From the NCBI RefSeq assembly GCF_020745735.1, contig NC_083414.1:51776013-51840012 (forward strand): 64,000 nucleotides of DNA, read 5' to 3'. Position numbers and translations under genes: made by a program. Each line of letters begins with the position of its first letter. Position 1 is the first letter of the stretch. Below are positions 62,945 to 64,000 of the stretch, piece after piece. The stretch comes from Hemiscyllium ocellatum. Its lineage: Eukaryota. The notes under the pieces were generated by a model. That model searched no databases and was not told the origin of the DNA. It worked only from the letters and a program-made list of their open reading frames with translations.

Positions 62945-64000
62945 ATGGGGGAGGGGGCTTTAAACTAATGCAGCAGGGGATGAGAATCTGAATTGTAGTT
63001 CCAGTGTACAGGAGGTTGAGGATTTACAAATCTATCAGAGATAGGTTTACAAAGTTGTGAGTGGGCACCAGCAATCAGGATGTTAGTTTGAAATGTGTGT
63101 ACTTCAGTGCCAGGAATAAGATGGGTGAACTTACAGCATGGGTTGGTACCTGGGATTTCGATGTTTTAGCCATTTCAGAGACATGGCTAGAGAGGAATAG
63201 GAATAGTTGTTGCAGATTCTGGGATTTAGATGTTTCAGCAAGAACAGATAAGATAGTAACAGAGGCGGAAGTGTAGCATTGTTAATCAAGGCTAGTATTG
63301 GAACAGCTGAGATAATGTTTGAGGACTCATCCACAGAGGTAGTTTGGACTGAGGTTAGAAGAAGGAAAGGAGAGGTCGCCCTGTTGGGAGTTTTCTATAG
63401 GCCTATGAACTGTTCCAGGGATGTACAAGAAAGGATATCAAAGTTGATTCTCAATAGGACCAAGAGTAACAGGGGAGTTGTTATGGGTGCTTTAACTTCC
63501 CCAATATTGATTGGGAATACTATAGTTCAAGTAGTTTGGATGGATCAGTTTTTGTTCAATGTCTGCAGGAGGGCTTTCTGACACATTATGTTGACAGGCC
63601 AGCAAAGGGTGATGCCATATTGTATTTGGTACTGGGAAATGAACCCAGCCAGCTGTCAGATTTGGAGATAGGTGAGCACTTTGGCAATAGTGACCACAAT
63701 TTGGTTCTGTTTACAAAAGCAATAGGCAGGGATAGATATATACCGCAGGGAAAGAGGTATAACTGGGGAAAGGCAATGATGATGCAATTAGGCAAGGTTT
63801 AGGATGCATAGGAAATGGAAGGAAACTGCAGGGGATGGACACCCTTGAAATGTGGAGCTTATTCCAGGAACAGCTACTGCGGATCCTTGATAAGTATATA
63901 CCCATCAGGCAGGGAGGTAGTTGTCAAGAAAGGGAGTCATGGTTTACTAAAGAAGTTGAAGCGCTTATCAAGAGGAAGAGGAAGGCTTATGTGAGGATGA
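62945..64000 (+). mobile_element. CR1 ORF2 endonuclease region, runs off the window
   Basis: LKCVYFSARNKMGEL...DVLAISETWL; GVFYRP; AILYLVLGNE...GEHFGNSDHN. Confidence 0.9.

Overview
This is AT-rich vertebrate genomic DNA, almost certainly from a shark or other elasmobranch: it carries HE1-type tRNA-derived SINEs together with partner CR1/HER1-type LINEs. I found no recognisable intact host protein-coding gene, so the window looks intronic or intergenic, and roughly half of it is transposon-derived. It contains many CR1 fragments (one near full length, 54.9-58.8 kb), six HE1-type SINEs and an older CR1/L2-group LINE family. A decayed Gmr1-type Gypsy element (integrase upstream of RT/RNase H, 34.2-42.1 kb) carries three levels of nested insertions and sits back-to-back with a second copy of its own family. 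There are also Harbinger and pogo/Tigger relics, and more than a dozen short Penelope-like termini with minimal hammerhead-ribozyme motifs of three sequence types, several as palindromes flanked by 9-16 bp target duplications. The most unusual structures are: (i) a small LTR-like element apparently hit repeatedly at its TATA box by Tx1-type 3' ends, with stuttered A-tailed target copies (13.7-15.2 kb); (ii) the bipolar hammerhead palindromes; and (iii) an otherwise unique ~254 bp, ~93% identical inverted duplication (59.4-60.2 kb), one arm of which has an exon-like cassette. Family names come from motif recognition, not database searches, and boundaries of old repeats are approximate.
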